A stretch of 48,628 nt of DNA from an uncultured Gemmatimonadota bacterium. GTDB lineage: Bacteria; GCA-2686955. Location: the NCBI GenBank assembly GCA_964490075.1, contig CAZBBK010000041.1, positions 1-48,628 on the forward strand, in the 5' to 3' direction. This document shows positions 36,108-44,671 of the stretch, piece by piece. The notes below the pieces were generated by a model that made no database searches, had not been told where the DNA came from, and was given only the letters and a program-made list of their open reading frames with translations. A program made the translations under genes and the position numbers. Within the stretch, counting starts at the first letter, position 1. Each line of letters begins with the position of its first letter.

Positions 36108-37931
36108 CTAGTCGGGCCCGACGTAGCCCAGAGCCTCCAGCCCGCGACGCAACGGCTCGTCCGGCGGCGGGGGCGGCGGCGGCTGCCACGGCGGTTCCAG
36201 CAGATGCGCCGCGAACGAATCGGCCAGCCCCGGCCTCGAGGCGGCCAGATCGCGCGCCTCGCCTGGATCGCGGCGTAGGTCGAAGAGAGCGCGGGAGCCG
36301 GAGGCCGGATCGACCACCAGCTTCCAGCCGTCGGCGCGCAGCAGGGCCAGGGCGGGCGATCGGCCGGCACCCCCGTCGAGCGGCGGCGAGGCCAGGGCCG
36401 GCGTCTCCGCCCAGGCGACTCGCTCCTCGTCGCCGGCGACACGATCCTCGAGCAGCGATCGTCCATCCATGCGCCGCAGCTCGGGGCGCGCCTCGGCCAG
36501 CCCGAAGATCTCCAGCAGCGTGGGCGCCAGATCGACCCCCGACACCAGCTCCCGCGTCACGCCGGGCGCGGCGACGCCGGCCAGCAAGGGGGCCGCGGCG
36601 CCGCGCGGCGGCTTGATCATCAGCGGGATTCTGAGCACCGCATGACGCAGCGACGCGCCGTGCTGGAAGACCCCGTCGCGCCCGAACTGCTCGCCATGAT
36701 CCGCGGCCACCATGATCCAGCTCCGATCCCACAGGCCACGCTCTTCGAGCGCCTGCCAGAGCAGTCCGATCTGTGCGTCGAGCCAAGCGACCTCGGCGGA
36801 ATAGTGCGTCATGAGGCGCTGCCGGACGCCGGCCGAGGGGGGCGCCTCGGCGGCCGCCAGCCGCTCCAGCTCGGCCAGGCTCACCGGCCCGGCGGAGGCG
36901 TCGGGACGGTAGGGCCGAGGTGCGTCATAGGGCGCGTGCGGTGCGTCATCGTAGTAGTGGAACCAGAGCAGAAAGGGCGCCGCGGGATCGGCTTCGCGGC
37001 GGATCCAGCGCCGCACGCGCAGCGTGGTGGGCAGCGACGAATCGGCGCTGTCGAACCAGGCCCCCAGCGCCTCCCAGCCGGACAGCGCCTGGCGCAAGGG
37101 CGGATGCTCGATGATGGAGAGCTCGTGGTGCAGCCTGCGCTGGAAGCCGCGGTCCAGTCCGACCCGGTCGGCGAGGTCCAGATCGGTGGCCGCGACCAGG
37201 TCGACGCCGGCCTCCGCCAAGGCGTCCCCGACCCGGAACAGGTCGGGGTCCAGGGGGTGATGATTGGAGCGGACTCCATGGCGATCGACGCGCACGCCGC
37301 TCATCATCGAGGTCAGGCTGGGGATGGTGAAGGGGGCGCATGCGAAGGCGCGCTCGAAGCGCACCGACTCGGCGGCCAGTCGATCGAGGTTCGGAGTGCG
37401 GGCCTGGAGGGCACCGTAGGCGCCGAGGGCGTCGGCGCGAAGGGTGTCGATGGTGATCAGGATCACCCGCGGCGCGGAGCCGCGGGCGCGCTCGACGGGC
37501 AGCGCTCGGAGTGCGGCCGCGGCGAGCAGGATCAGCGCCGTGGCCATGGCCGAGCGGCGCGCGCGCAGGGCCAGAGGGGCAACCGCCAGCAGTCCGGCGA
37601 ACGCCGCGAGAGCGACAATCGCCCCAAGCGCCGTCCCCCCCCGCAGCTCCGCCAGTGCCAGCAGGAGAAGCGCGCCCCGAATGATGGCCGAGGCCAGGTG
37701 TGATCCCAGCCCCCATCCACTCCGTCCCGAGCCCGGTCGTGCCCCGAGCGCCGCGATCACCCCGGCGCCCGCCCCGAAGAGCGCGCCGCAGACCCCGTAG
37801 CAGAGCAGCGACGCCGCCAGGAAGTGGGCTCCCGAGACCGGCGGATCGAGGCCCAGTCCCAGAAGATGGAGGCCGTCGATCAGACCGACGAGGGTCCAGA
37901 GAGCGGCGTCGGCGGTCGCGGCCGCGGCCAC
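36108..37931 (-). CDS. Membrane-anchored sulfatase-like hydrolase/transferase (alkaline phosphatase superfamily)
   Basis: Several N-terminal TM helices; ILITIDTLRADALG, TPNLDRLA, APFTIPSLTSMMSG, FLLWFHYYD.PHAPY, ADHGE..G.F.HG, LEALGY. Confidence 0.85.
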   Translation of the reverse strand: MAAAATADAALWTLVGLIDGLHLLGLGLDPPVSGAHFLAASLLCYGVCGALFGAGAGVIAALGARPGSGRSGWGLGSHLASAIIRGALLLLALAELRGGTALGAIVALAAFAGLLAVAPLALRARRSAMATALILLAAAALRALPVERARGSAPRVILITIDTLRADALGAYGALQARTPNLDRLAAESVRFERAFACAPFTIPSLTSMMSGVRVDRHGVRSNHHPLDPDLFRVGDALAEAGVDLVAATDLDLADRVGLDRGFQRRLHHELSIIEHPPLRQALSGWEALGAWFDSADSSLPTTLRVRRWIRREADPAAPFLLWFHYYDDAPHAPYDAPRPYRPDASAGPVSLAELERLAAAEAPPSAGVRQRLMTHYSAEVAWLDAQIGLLWQALEERGLWDRSWIMVAADHGEQFGRDGVFQHGASLRHAVLRIPLMIKPPRGAAAPLLAGVAAPGVTRELVSGVDLAPTLLEIFGLAEARPELRRMDGRSLLEDRVAGDEERVAWAETPALASPPLDGGAGRSPALALLRADGWKLVVDPASGSRALFDLRRDPGEARDLAASRPGLADSFAAHLLEPPWQPPPPPPPDEPLRRGLEALGYVGPD

Positions 37932-37973
37932 GGTCCGCGACGCGCCACGATCACCGGCGGGGCTGATCGGTCC

Positions 37974-39164
37974 CTAACCGCGCGGGGGACTCAGGTCGTA
38001 GGCGCGCCGCTCCACCACCAGCATCTCTCCCTCGGCGCGCTGCTTGCGGTAGCCGAGCAGGTGGAAGAGCTCGTAGACGTACCAGCGGGCGACCGCCGGA
38101 TTGACGCGCAGCCAGTCGCGGTGCGCGGGGTGATGCTCCACGCCCGGCAGCACGTGGATCAGGCGCGAGAAGCGCACTCGGCGCAACGCCTTCGACACGC
38201 CGAGCCAGAAAGGCTCGACCTCGCGGGCCAGGAAGAAGCCGTCGCTGCCGACCGCCTGGTAGAGCGGCAGCAGGATCCGGCACGGGCCCGGCGAGCGGAT
38301 GATGCCGCCGCGGTCGGTCGCCAGCCGCTCGCCCCGCTCGACCCGCTGGAAGTTCTTGAACCCCGGCTCCATCCGGAAATCGTCGCCGGACTGGATGGCG
38401 TGCCGGCTGGTCAGCTCGAGCACCGGCGGCACGTGATCGCTGGCCTCGCCCAGCTCGCGCCTGAGCGGCTCCACCTCGTCCACCGCGCCCTCGGCGATGC
38501 AGCCGGCGCTTTCGAGGGCGATCCAGATGGTCGCCGCCAGGTGCTCGATCGACGACTCCGAGTCGTGCTGCCCGCCCTCGACCGCCAGCGAGACGTGGCC
38601 CTGCTGGGTCATGAACTCCGAGAGCGCGCCGTCGATCGTCTCCTCGAGCCCGAGAATGACCGGCGCCGGGAAGTGGAAGGCGAATTCGCGGTTGCGCAGC
38701 GTGTCGCCGAAGCAGATGAAGGGCTCGCCGGGCGCCGAGCTGGTGTGCAGGTCGAGGAAGTAGATCGGACCGCGGGCGCGGGCCGTGGCGTCGTCCAGGT
38801 GGGCCAGGAGCGATTGCTGCTCCTCGACCTCGGGGTCGTCGCCGACCGCCAGCCGACCCTCGCGAATGGCCCGGGTGCGTTCCTCGGTCCAGACCCGATT
38901 CAGGTCGATTCGGAGGTAGCGCTCGCCGGCCTCCAGGGCCGTGAGATTGCCGGCCAGTCCGACCAGGTCACCGCGGAAGGGGCAATCGCTCTGACGCAGC
39001 CGCTCGCACACGCGCCGAATCGCCTCGATTCCCGCGGGCTCGTTGCCGTGCAGCCCCCCCACGATGATCACGCAGGGGCCGGCGCCCTCGCCCTCGAGGC
39101 GCCCCACGACGCGGCTGAAGCGCTGCGTCGAGGAGGGTTTCGCGCTGTCTGGCTCGAGTTGCAT
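37974..39164 (-). CDS. M14-like metallopeptidase (succinylglutamate desuccinylase/aspartoacylase family)
   Basis: GGLHGNEPAG, DLNRVW, LDLHTSS, VEGGQH. Confidence 0.88.
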   Translation of the reverse strand: MQLEPDSAKPSSTQRFSRVVGRLEGEGAGPCVIIVGGLHGNEPAGIEAIRRVCERLRQSDCPFRGDLVGLAGNLTALEAGERYLRIDLNRVWTEERTRAIREGRLAVGDDPEVEEQQSLLAHLDDATARARGPIYFLDLHTSSAPGEPFICFGDTLRNREFAFHFPAPVILGLEETIDGALSEFMTQQGHVSLAVEGGQHDSESSIEHLAATIWIALESAGCIAEGAVDEVEPLRRELGEASDHVPPVLELTSRHAIQSGDDFRMEPGFKNFQRVERGERLATDRGGIIRSPGPCRILLPLYQAVGSDGFFLAREVEPFWLGVSKALRRVRFSRLIHVLPGVEHHPAHRDWLRVNPAVARWYVYELFHLLGYRKQRAEGEMLVVERRAYDLSPPRG

Positions 39165-39170
39165 CGATCG

Positions 39171-41087
39171 TCAGTCTCTGAGCTGCTCTTCCAGGAGCTC
39201 TCCGGCGATGGTCATGAAGTCCTTCTCGGTCACCAACCCGACCAGGCGGCCCTCCTCGACCACCGGCAGGCAGCCGACCCGGTGCTGCTTCATCAGGGCG
39301 ATCGCCTCCAGGGTCGGCGTGTTGGGAGTCACGGTCTCGGGGTTGCGCTGCATGATCTCGGAGACCGGCACCGCGGTGGTATGGGCTTCGGCCAGGTTGC
39401 GCACCAGGTAGCGCAGCAGCGCCCGGTAGGTGACCAGGCCGACCAGCCGATTCTGGGTGTCCTCCACCGGCACGAAGCGGATGTGCTGCCAGTCCATCAG
39501 GTTGACCACCAGGTCGACCAGGTCGCCCTCGTTGACGGTGAACAGATCGGTCGCCATGTACTGCGCGACTCGCGCGTAGTTGGGCTTCCAATCGCCGGCA
39601 TCGTCGATGGTGGCCAGCTCCCACTCGTGCACCGGTCGCAGGTCCTGCTCCCGAGCGACGCAGCCCCCGACCAGCGCGCTCAGGCGTTCGGCTTTGGTGC
39701 CTTTTCCTTTCATATCGGCAAGCGACTGGATCGACCAGCAGGCCCCGGTGTGACCGGTCTGGACGCGATTCTCGATAACACCAAGATAACGCTCGATGTC
39801 GTCGGCGTGGACGCCGGCCGTGGCCAGCCCCTCGCGGGCCATCGGCAGCAGGCGCTCCAGCACCAGCTTGAGGACCGGGACCGGGCCGCTGGTGTTGATC
39901 CAGCTGAGCTGGGCGCCGAGCCCGAAGCGGCCGGCGGCCAAGAAGTTGACGCGCGCGTCGTCGAAGTCGAGGACACGGGTGATGTCGGCGTACTCCTCGG
40001 TCATCCCGGCCAGCAGCCCGAACCAGAAGGCGGCGTTGGCGACCTCGTCGAGCGGGGTGGGCCCCGAGGGCATGTAACGATTCTCGATCCGCAGATGGGG
40101 CTTGCCCTCGAGGAGGCCGTAGCAGACCCGATTCCAGCGATAGACGGTGCCGTTGTGGAAGCACAGGGCGTAGAGCTGGGGGATGCGGCCGGCGGCCAAC
40201 TCGGCGAGCGCGTCCTCTTCTTCGGCGGCGGCCATCAGGACGCGGAAGCGGGCGATGTCCTCCTTGAAGATCTCCAGCACCGAATCGTCGACCCACTTGG
40301 TGCCGAAGCTGACCCGCGGCTCGACCGAACGCTGGTGGGAGCGGATGCTGCGGGTGTCGATCGACTGTTCGAAGAGCGCGATGCGGGTTTCGCGCCACAG
40401 CCGCTTGCCGAAGAGGATGGGGGAGTTGGCGCAGATCGCCAGGAGCGGCGCCGCGGCGGCCTGGGCCATGTTGTAGAGGCGCGAGAACTCCGCCGGGCCG
40501 ACCTGGAAGTGGATCTGAAAGCTGGTGTTGCAGGCCTCGAGCATCACCGAGTTGTGGTGGATCGAGAGCTCGTCGACGCCTTTGATCCGAAACTCGTACT
40601 CCCCGCCACGGAGCTGCGTGAGCGACTCGTTGAGCGCCACGTAGCGGGGGTTGTCGGTCATGTTCTCCATGCCGAGGTCGGCCACGTCGAGCGTCGGCAG
40701 GATGCCGGTCATGACCACCTCGCCCCCGAGCTCGCGCGCCACTGTGCGGATCTTGCTCACGTACTCGGTGATCTGGCGCTCCATGGTCCGCAGGCAGTGG
40801 CCGCCGAACACCAGCGGCGGCGAGTTGAACTCGATGTTGAACTTCGCCAGCTCGGTCACGATCGCGGGATCGTCGAGGCGCTCGAGAACCTGGTGGACGA
40901 TCGGCGCCGGTCGCCAGGCGCGGTCCACCAGGAAGAGTTCCTGCTCCGCCCCGATGCGCCGGATGCCGGTCTCGATCGTGTCGCTGGCGATCATGCGCTC
41001 GAGGGCCTGCACGTCGCTCAGGAGCTGCTTCATGAACTGGCGCAGCTCCGAGGGCTGGAAACGCGCGGACCGGGGATGCTCACCCAT
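39171..41087 (-). CDS. Glutamate--cysteine ligase (GCS2)-like carboxylate-amine ligase fused to a CBS pair
   Basis: IGAEQELFLVD, TELAKFNIEFN, NTSFQIH, ANSPILFG, RIENRYMPSGPT; C-terminal CBS pair (YMATDLFTVNEGD...IMQRNPETV..VGCLPVV). GGAG RBS before ATG 41087. Confidence 0.88.
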   Translation of the reverse strand: MGEHPRSARFQPSELRQFMKQLLSDVQALERMIASDTIETGIRRIGAEQELFLVDRAWRPAPIVHQVLERLDDPAIVTELAKFNIEFNSPPLVFGGHCLRTMERQITEYVSKIRTVARELGGEVVMTGILPTLDVADLGMENMTDNPRYVALNESLTQLRGGEYEFRIKGVDELSIHHNSVMLEACNTSFQIHFQVGPAEFSRLYNMAQAAAAPLLAICANSPILFGKRLWRETRIALFEQSIDTRSIRSHQRSVEPRVSFGTKWVDDSVLEIFKEDIARFRVLMAAAEEEDALAELAAGRIPQLYALCFHNGTVYRWNRVCYGLLEGKPHLRIENRYMPSGPTPLDEVANAAFWFGLLAGMTEEYADITRVLDFDDARVNFLAAGRFGLGAQLSWINTSGPVPVLKLVLERLLPMAREGLATAGVHADDIERYLGVIENRVQTGHTGACWSIQSLADMKGKGTKAERLSALVGGCVAREQDLRPVHEWELATIDDAGDWKPNYARVAQYMATDLFTVNEGDLVDLVVNLMDWQHIRFVPVEDTQNRLVGLVTYRALLRYLVRNLAEAHTTAVPVSEIMQRNPETVTPNTPTLEAIALMKQHRVGCLPVVEEGRLVGLVTEKDFMTIAGELLEEQLRD

Positions 41088-41519
41088 GATGTCTCCTGGA
41101 GGGGCGGTGCGGAGGGGCGATTCGACGTGTCTCAACGAAGTGGATGCGCAATCTCGATTCTACTCGAATCGGCGGGGTGGGGTGGGCCGCGCGCGGGCGG
41201 TGGGGTCCCGGCAAAGTCGCCGGGACCAGGCTTTGGGCCCGGAGGGCGGACATCCGGGGCGGATCGCGTTGGCCAGCTTGGTGGTGGGCAAACGCGCCGA
41301 GTGCAAGTCGGCGGGGTCCCCCGATGTCCGAGCCGCGGACGCAGTGGACTCTATCTGTCCGCGCACCGGCGAAGACTGTGCGCTGGACCTCGCGTGACGA
41401 CTCGGGTCTTCCGGAAGGCCGACGCCTGAAGCCCAATGCCTGAAACCCGATCCCGGCGACTTTGCGGGACCCTGGCGCGGGCGGTCAAGGCCCCGACATG
41501 GTACCGCAAGCTCAAAAAG

Positions 41520-42915
41520 GACAACGGTGGCGGAGGTATTTTGTGGCGCCGGCTGAACGGCGAGCTGGTGGCGCTTTTTGGCGTGGAGTTCGGCAGCCTT
41601 GCACAACGCACCACGCGACCGGTATTTGGGCTGGGATTCGGCGAGCAAGACGCAGCATCTACGCTACGTCGTCAACAACGCGAGATTTCTGATTCTCCCG
41701 TGGATTCGCCAGGCAAATCTGGCATCACAGATTCTTGGCGTGAATATGCGCCGACTCAGTGCGGATTGGCAACAGCGCTACGGGCACGCGCTTTGGTTCG
41801 CGGAGACCTTCGTTGATAGCGCACGTTTCTACGGAGGGTGCTATCGAGCGAGCAACTGGCGCTACGTAGGGGAGACTAGTGGCTGGTCAAAACGTGGTGT
41901 TGACTACACATTTCACGGTCGGAAAAAATCTGTCTTTGTGATTGCTTTGGTACGTCGCGCGGAGAAGCGTCTTTGTCTTTCGCCGGCGTTGACCACTGAG
42001 GAAGGCGCGATGAGCCCGGATAGAACTCGATCTTCGAAGATACCCTTGGACATCGGCGCTTTCGACTTGAGCGCTGATGAAGGTCTGTTTGCTACCCTGA
42101 GAAGTGTCACTGACGATCGAGACGCGCTGGGGAAACGGTACTCCATTGAGAGCATATTGGCGATGGCGCTGTGCGCCGCTCTCGCGGAGTGGGCACGCGA
42201 CCAGAGTCGTAAGGATCTCGAACGTCTAGGTTCGAAGTATGGCAAAGCGCCGAACGAGATCACATTCCGTCGGGTTCTCCAGCGAGCCAACGTAGAAGAG
42301 ATCGACACCAAAACAGGTGTGTGGCTTGCGAAGCAGCTGCGCATTCAACCAGGGCAAGCTCTTGCTCTGGACGGCAAATCACTACGCGGGAGCCGCGATG
42401 GTGAGAAGAAGGCTCTGCATCTGCTCAGCGCCATCGTCCATGACAGTGGCGTCGTGATTGCGCAGACGCCGGTAGCGGACAAGACAAACGAGATCACCAG
42501 AGTCGAGCCCCCACTTCGCCCGCTTGACCTCAAGGGATGCGTGGTCACTGCCGACGCACTTCACACGCAGCAAGCGACCGCGCGGCATGTGGTGGAAGAC
42601 AAGCAGGCCGACTACTTGCTCACGGTCAAAGAAAACCAGCCCACCTTGCACGACGACATCGAACAACTCCACATGGAGGCTTTTCCCCCCTCAGGTCGAG
42701 ACCGTCGATAAAGGGCATGGCCGCATTGAGATCCGGCGGCTTTGGTCCAGCGCCGAACTCAACGATTTCGTGGACTTTCCCCACGTTCAGCAGGTTTTCC
42801 GCATCGAGCGCATCACCACCAACCTGCATGGCGGCATCATCAAAGGGCGAAGATCCACGACTGAAGTCTGCTTCGGGATAACCAGTCTGGATGAAAAGGC
42901 CGCCTCCCCTGACTC
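41520..42915 (+). mobile_element. Degenerate DUF4338 (DruA-like)-ISAs1 transposase fusion
   Basis: DUF4338 motifs RDRYLGW, VVNNARFLILPW..NLASQIL, AETFVD...GGCYRASNW, in frame with ISAs1 motifs DDRDALGKRYSI, ALDGKSLRGS, DKTNEIT, VTADALHTQ, VKENQPTL. Continues in the +1 frame as DKGHGRIEIRRL...CFGITSL. More AT-rich than the flanks. Truncated at the 3' end. Confidence 0.85.
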
Positions 42916-42918
42916 GAC

Positions 42919-43299
42919 ATGCCTGGGGAGCTTGTGCTGCAGTGGATTCGTGGTCGCTGCGGGCGTAGAGAGGGCGAGCACCGGGTCATGAAGGACGACT
43001 TGGCGGGCGGCACACTTCCGTCGAAGCACTTCGGCGTCAACGCTGCTTGGTGGGCGATCATGATCTTGGCGCTCAACCTCAACGTGATCATGAAGACGCT
43101 GGTGCTGGGGCCCGAGTGGGGGCGCAAGCGGATGAAGGCGATCCGCTTCGGGTTCATCAACGTGGCCGGGCGGATCCAGGAGCGTGGGCGCCGGTTGCGC
43201 ATTCGCCTTCAGGCAGCCAGCGCGGTCACGGAGCTCCTGCTCACCGCGCGCATGAAGATCCTGGAGCTGGCCCAGTCCCCGCCCGGCGCAGTGGCGTAG
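42919..43299 (+). mobile_element. C-terminal fragment of an IS1380-family transposase
   Basis: RGRCG..E..HRVMKDDLAGGTLPSKHFGVNAAWWAIMILALNL...RMKAIRFGFINVAGRI..GRRLRIRL. No N-terminal part. Confidence 0.8.
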
Positions 43300-43532
43300 A
43301 CCTCCGCGCGATCTCGATCCCCCCAATTCCCGGTCGCTCGCGGCCACCATCCGGCCCGGCATTCGACATGCTGTACGTCCGCTCGTCTCCCCGTACGCCG
43401 CTGCCGGCCCCGTCTCGCACGGCGCCGAGTGGATGATTTCTTACATTCCGGCGCGCTCTCCCCTCATCGCCGTTAGCCTTGGCACATAACGCAGTCAGTT
43501 AGCCGATCACCGTACCGATTGGGAGAGGGGCC

Positions 43533-44606
43533 ATGATCTCATCGAGCAACGGACGCCGCATCCTCGCGGCGATCGCCATCGTCCTCCTGCCCGCAACCGC
43601 CCGGGGCGCCGCCATCCTCGGCGGGGCTCCCATCGAGCGCCGGAGCGTCGTGCGGACCGATCTGGCTCTAGGCCGCCAGGACGCAACGAGGGCTATGGCC
43701 TTCGTCCCCGCCGGCGTCTTCACCCAGGGTGACGGCGTCGCCTACTGCGGCGTGGATGAGCGCGAGGTGACGCTGACGCACAACTTTTTCTTGGCGGTGA
43801 CCGAGGTGACGAACGAGCAGTATCGTTCGATGGCGCAGTGGGCCTACGACCAGGGCTACGTGACGGCGACGGCGTCGACGGTGACCGATGCTCTCGGCTC
43901 GAGCCAGGAGCTGCTTGACCTTGACAACCCCCACAGCGAGATCACCTTCGACCCTGGAACCGAGACTTTCGGTCTCAGGGAGGTGGACTACCCGTTGATC
44001 TACGCCTACCCGCTCGGCTACGACCCTACCGATCATCCCGTGAAGGAGGCGACCTGGTACGGCGCGGCGAGCTACTGCGACTGGCTCTCCCTCTCGGAGG
44101 GGCTGCCAATGGCGTACAGTCACGTCAACTGGTCCTGCGGCCCTGGCGGCGATCCGTACGAGGCGACGGGTTACCGCCTGCCGACCGATGCTGAGCGGGA
44201 GTATGCGGCTCAGTGGAACGATGAGCGTATCTACCCTTGGGGGGACGAGGATCCGGATTGCGGCCGCACCAACTTCTATGATGACCTGTGGATGGGGGAT
44301 TACTGCGTGCACTGGACCGCGGCTGTCGGAAGCTACCTAACCGGTGCGCAGCAGGGCTTTGATCGCCTCGTGTACGATCTGTCGGGAAACGTGTGGGAGT
44401 GGACGAACGATTGGTGGCGGTGCGATTTGGGGTCGGAGGCCGTGATCGATCCGCGGGGGCCAGGGAGCGGCTCCTACCGTGTAGTACGGGGCGGCAGTTG
44501 GATCTTCGACGCCTCCTACTTGCGCGTCGCCAGTCGCTACGACTTCGCCCCCGACGGCAGCTACGACTACGTCGGCATCCGCCCAGCCAGGACGGCTTTC
44601 CCCTAG
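43533..44606 (+). CDS. Secreted FGE-sulfatase/SUMF1-family (C-type lectin fold) protein, DGR-target-like
   Basis: Signal peptide; FVPAGVFTQG, TEVTNEQY, DHPVKEATWYGAASYCDWLS, YRLPTDAEREYAA, YDLSGNVWEW, RVVRGGSW, VGIRPAR. No catalytic CxxxxC after RGGS. Confidence 0.9.
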   Translation: MISSSNGRRILAAIAIVLLPATARGAAILGGAPIERRSVVRTDLALGRQDATRAMAFVPAGVFTQGDGVAYCGVDEREVTLTHNFFLAVTEVTNEQYRSMAQWAYDQGYVTATASTVTDALGSSQELLDLDNPHSEITFDPGTETFGLREVDYPLIYAYPLGYDPTDHPVKEATWYGAASYCDWLSLSEGLPMAYSHVNWSCGPGGDPYEATGYRLPTDAEREYAAQWNDERIYPWGDEDPDCGRTNFYDDLWMGDYCVHWTAAVGSYLTGAQQGFDRLVYDLSGNVWEWTNDWWRCDLGSEAVIDPRGPGSGSYRVVRGGSWIFDASYLRVASRYDFAPDGSYDYVGIRPARTAFP

Positions 44607-44671
44607 CGCTCCCTCCATTTCGCCATCGACACCCTTGCAAAATCCCCAGTTCTACTGCAATATTCGCAACC

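Noticed and set aside
37824-41429. 1201-aa plus-strand ORF (likewise 4902-6662, 6964-8376, 8671-10140, 19662-21761, 24221-25738)
   Set aside because: Antisense shadows of well-supported genes or pseudogenes in high-GC DNA, with no recognisable motifs.
41520-42000. Druantia anti-phage system
   Set aside because: Only the DUF4338 domain is present, fused to a transposase and frameshifted. There is no DruE helicase or other dru gene.
43319-43331. CCCCCAATTCCC shared with about 1858-1869
   Set aside because: Only about 12 bp with no flanking similarity; compatible with chance.
43533-44606. True formylglycine-generating enzyme maturing the nearby sulfatase
   Set aside because: It lacks the catalytic cysteine pair after RGGS, and the sulfatase-like protein has no C/SxPxR substrate motif.
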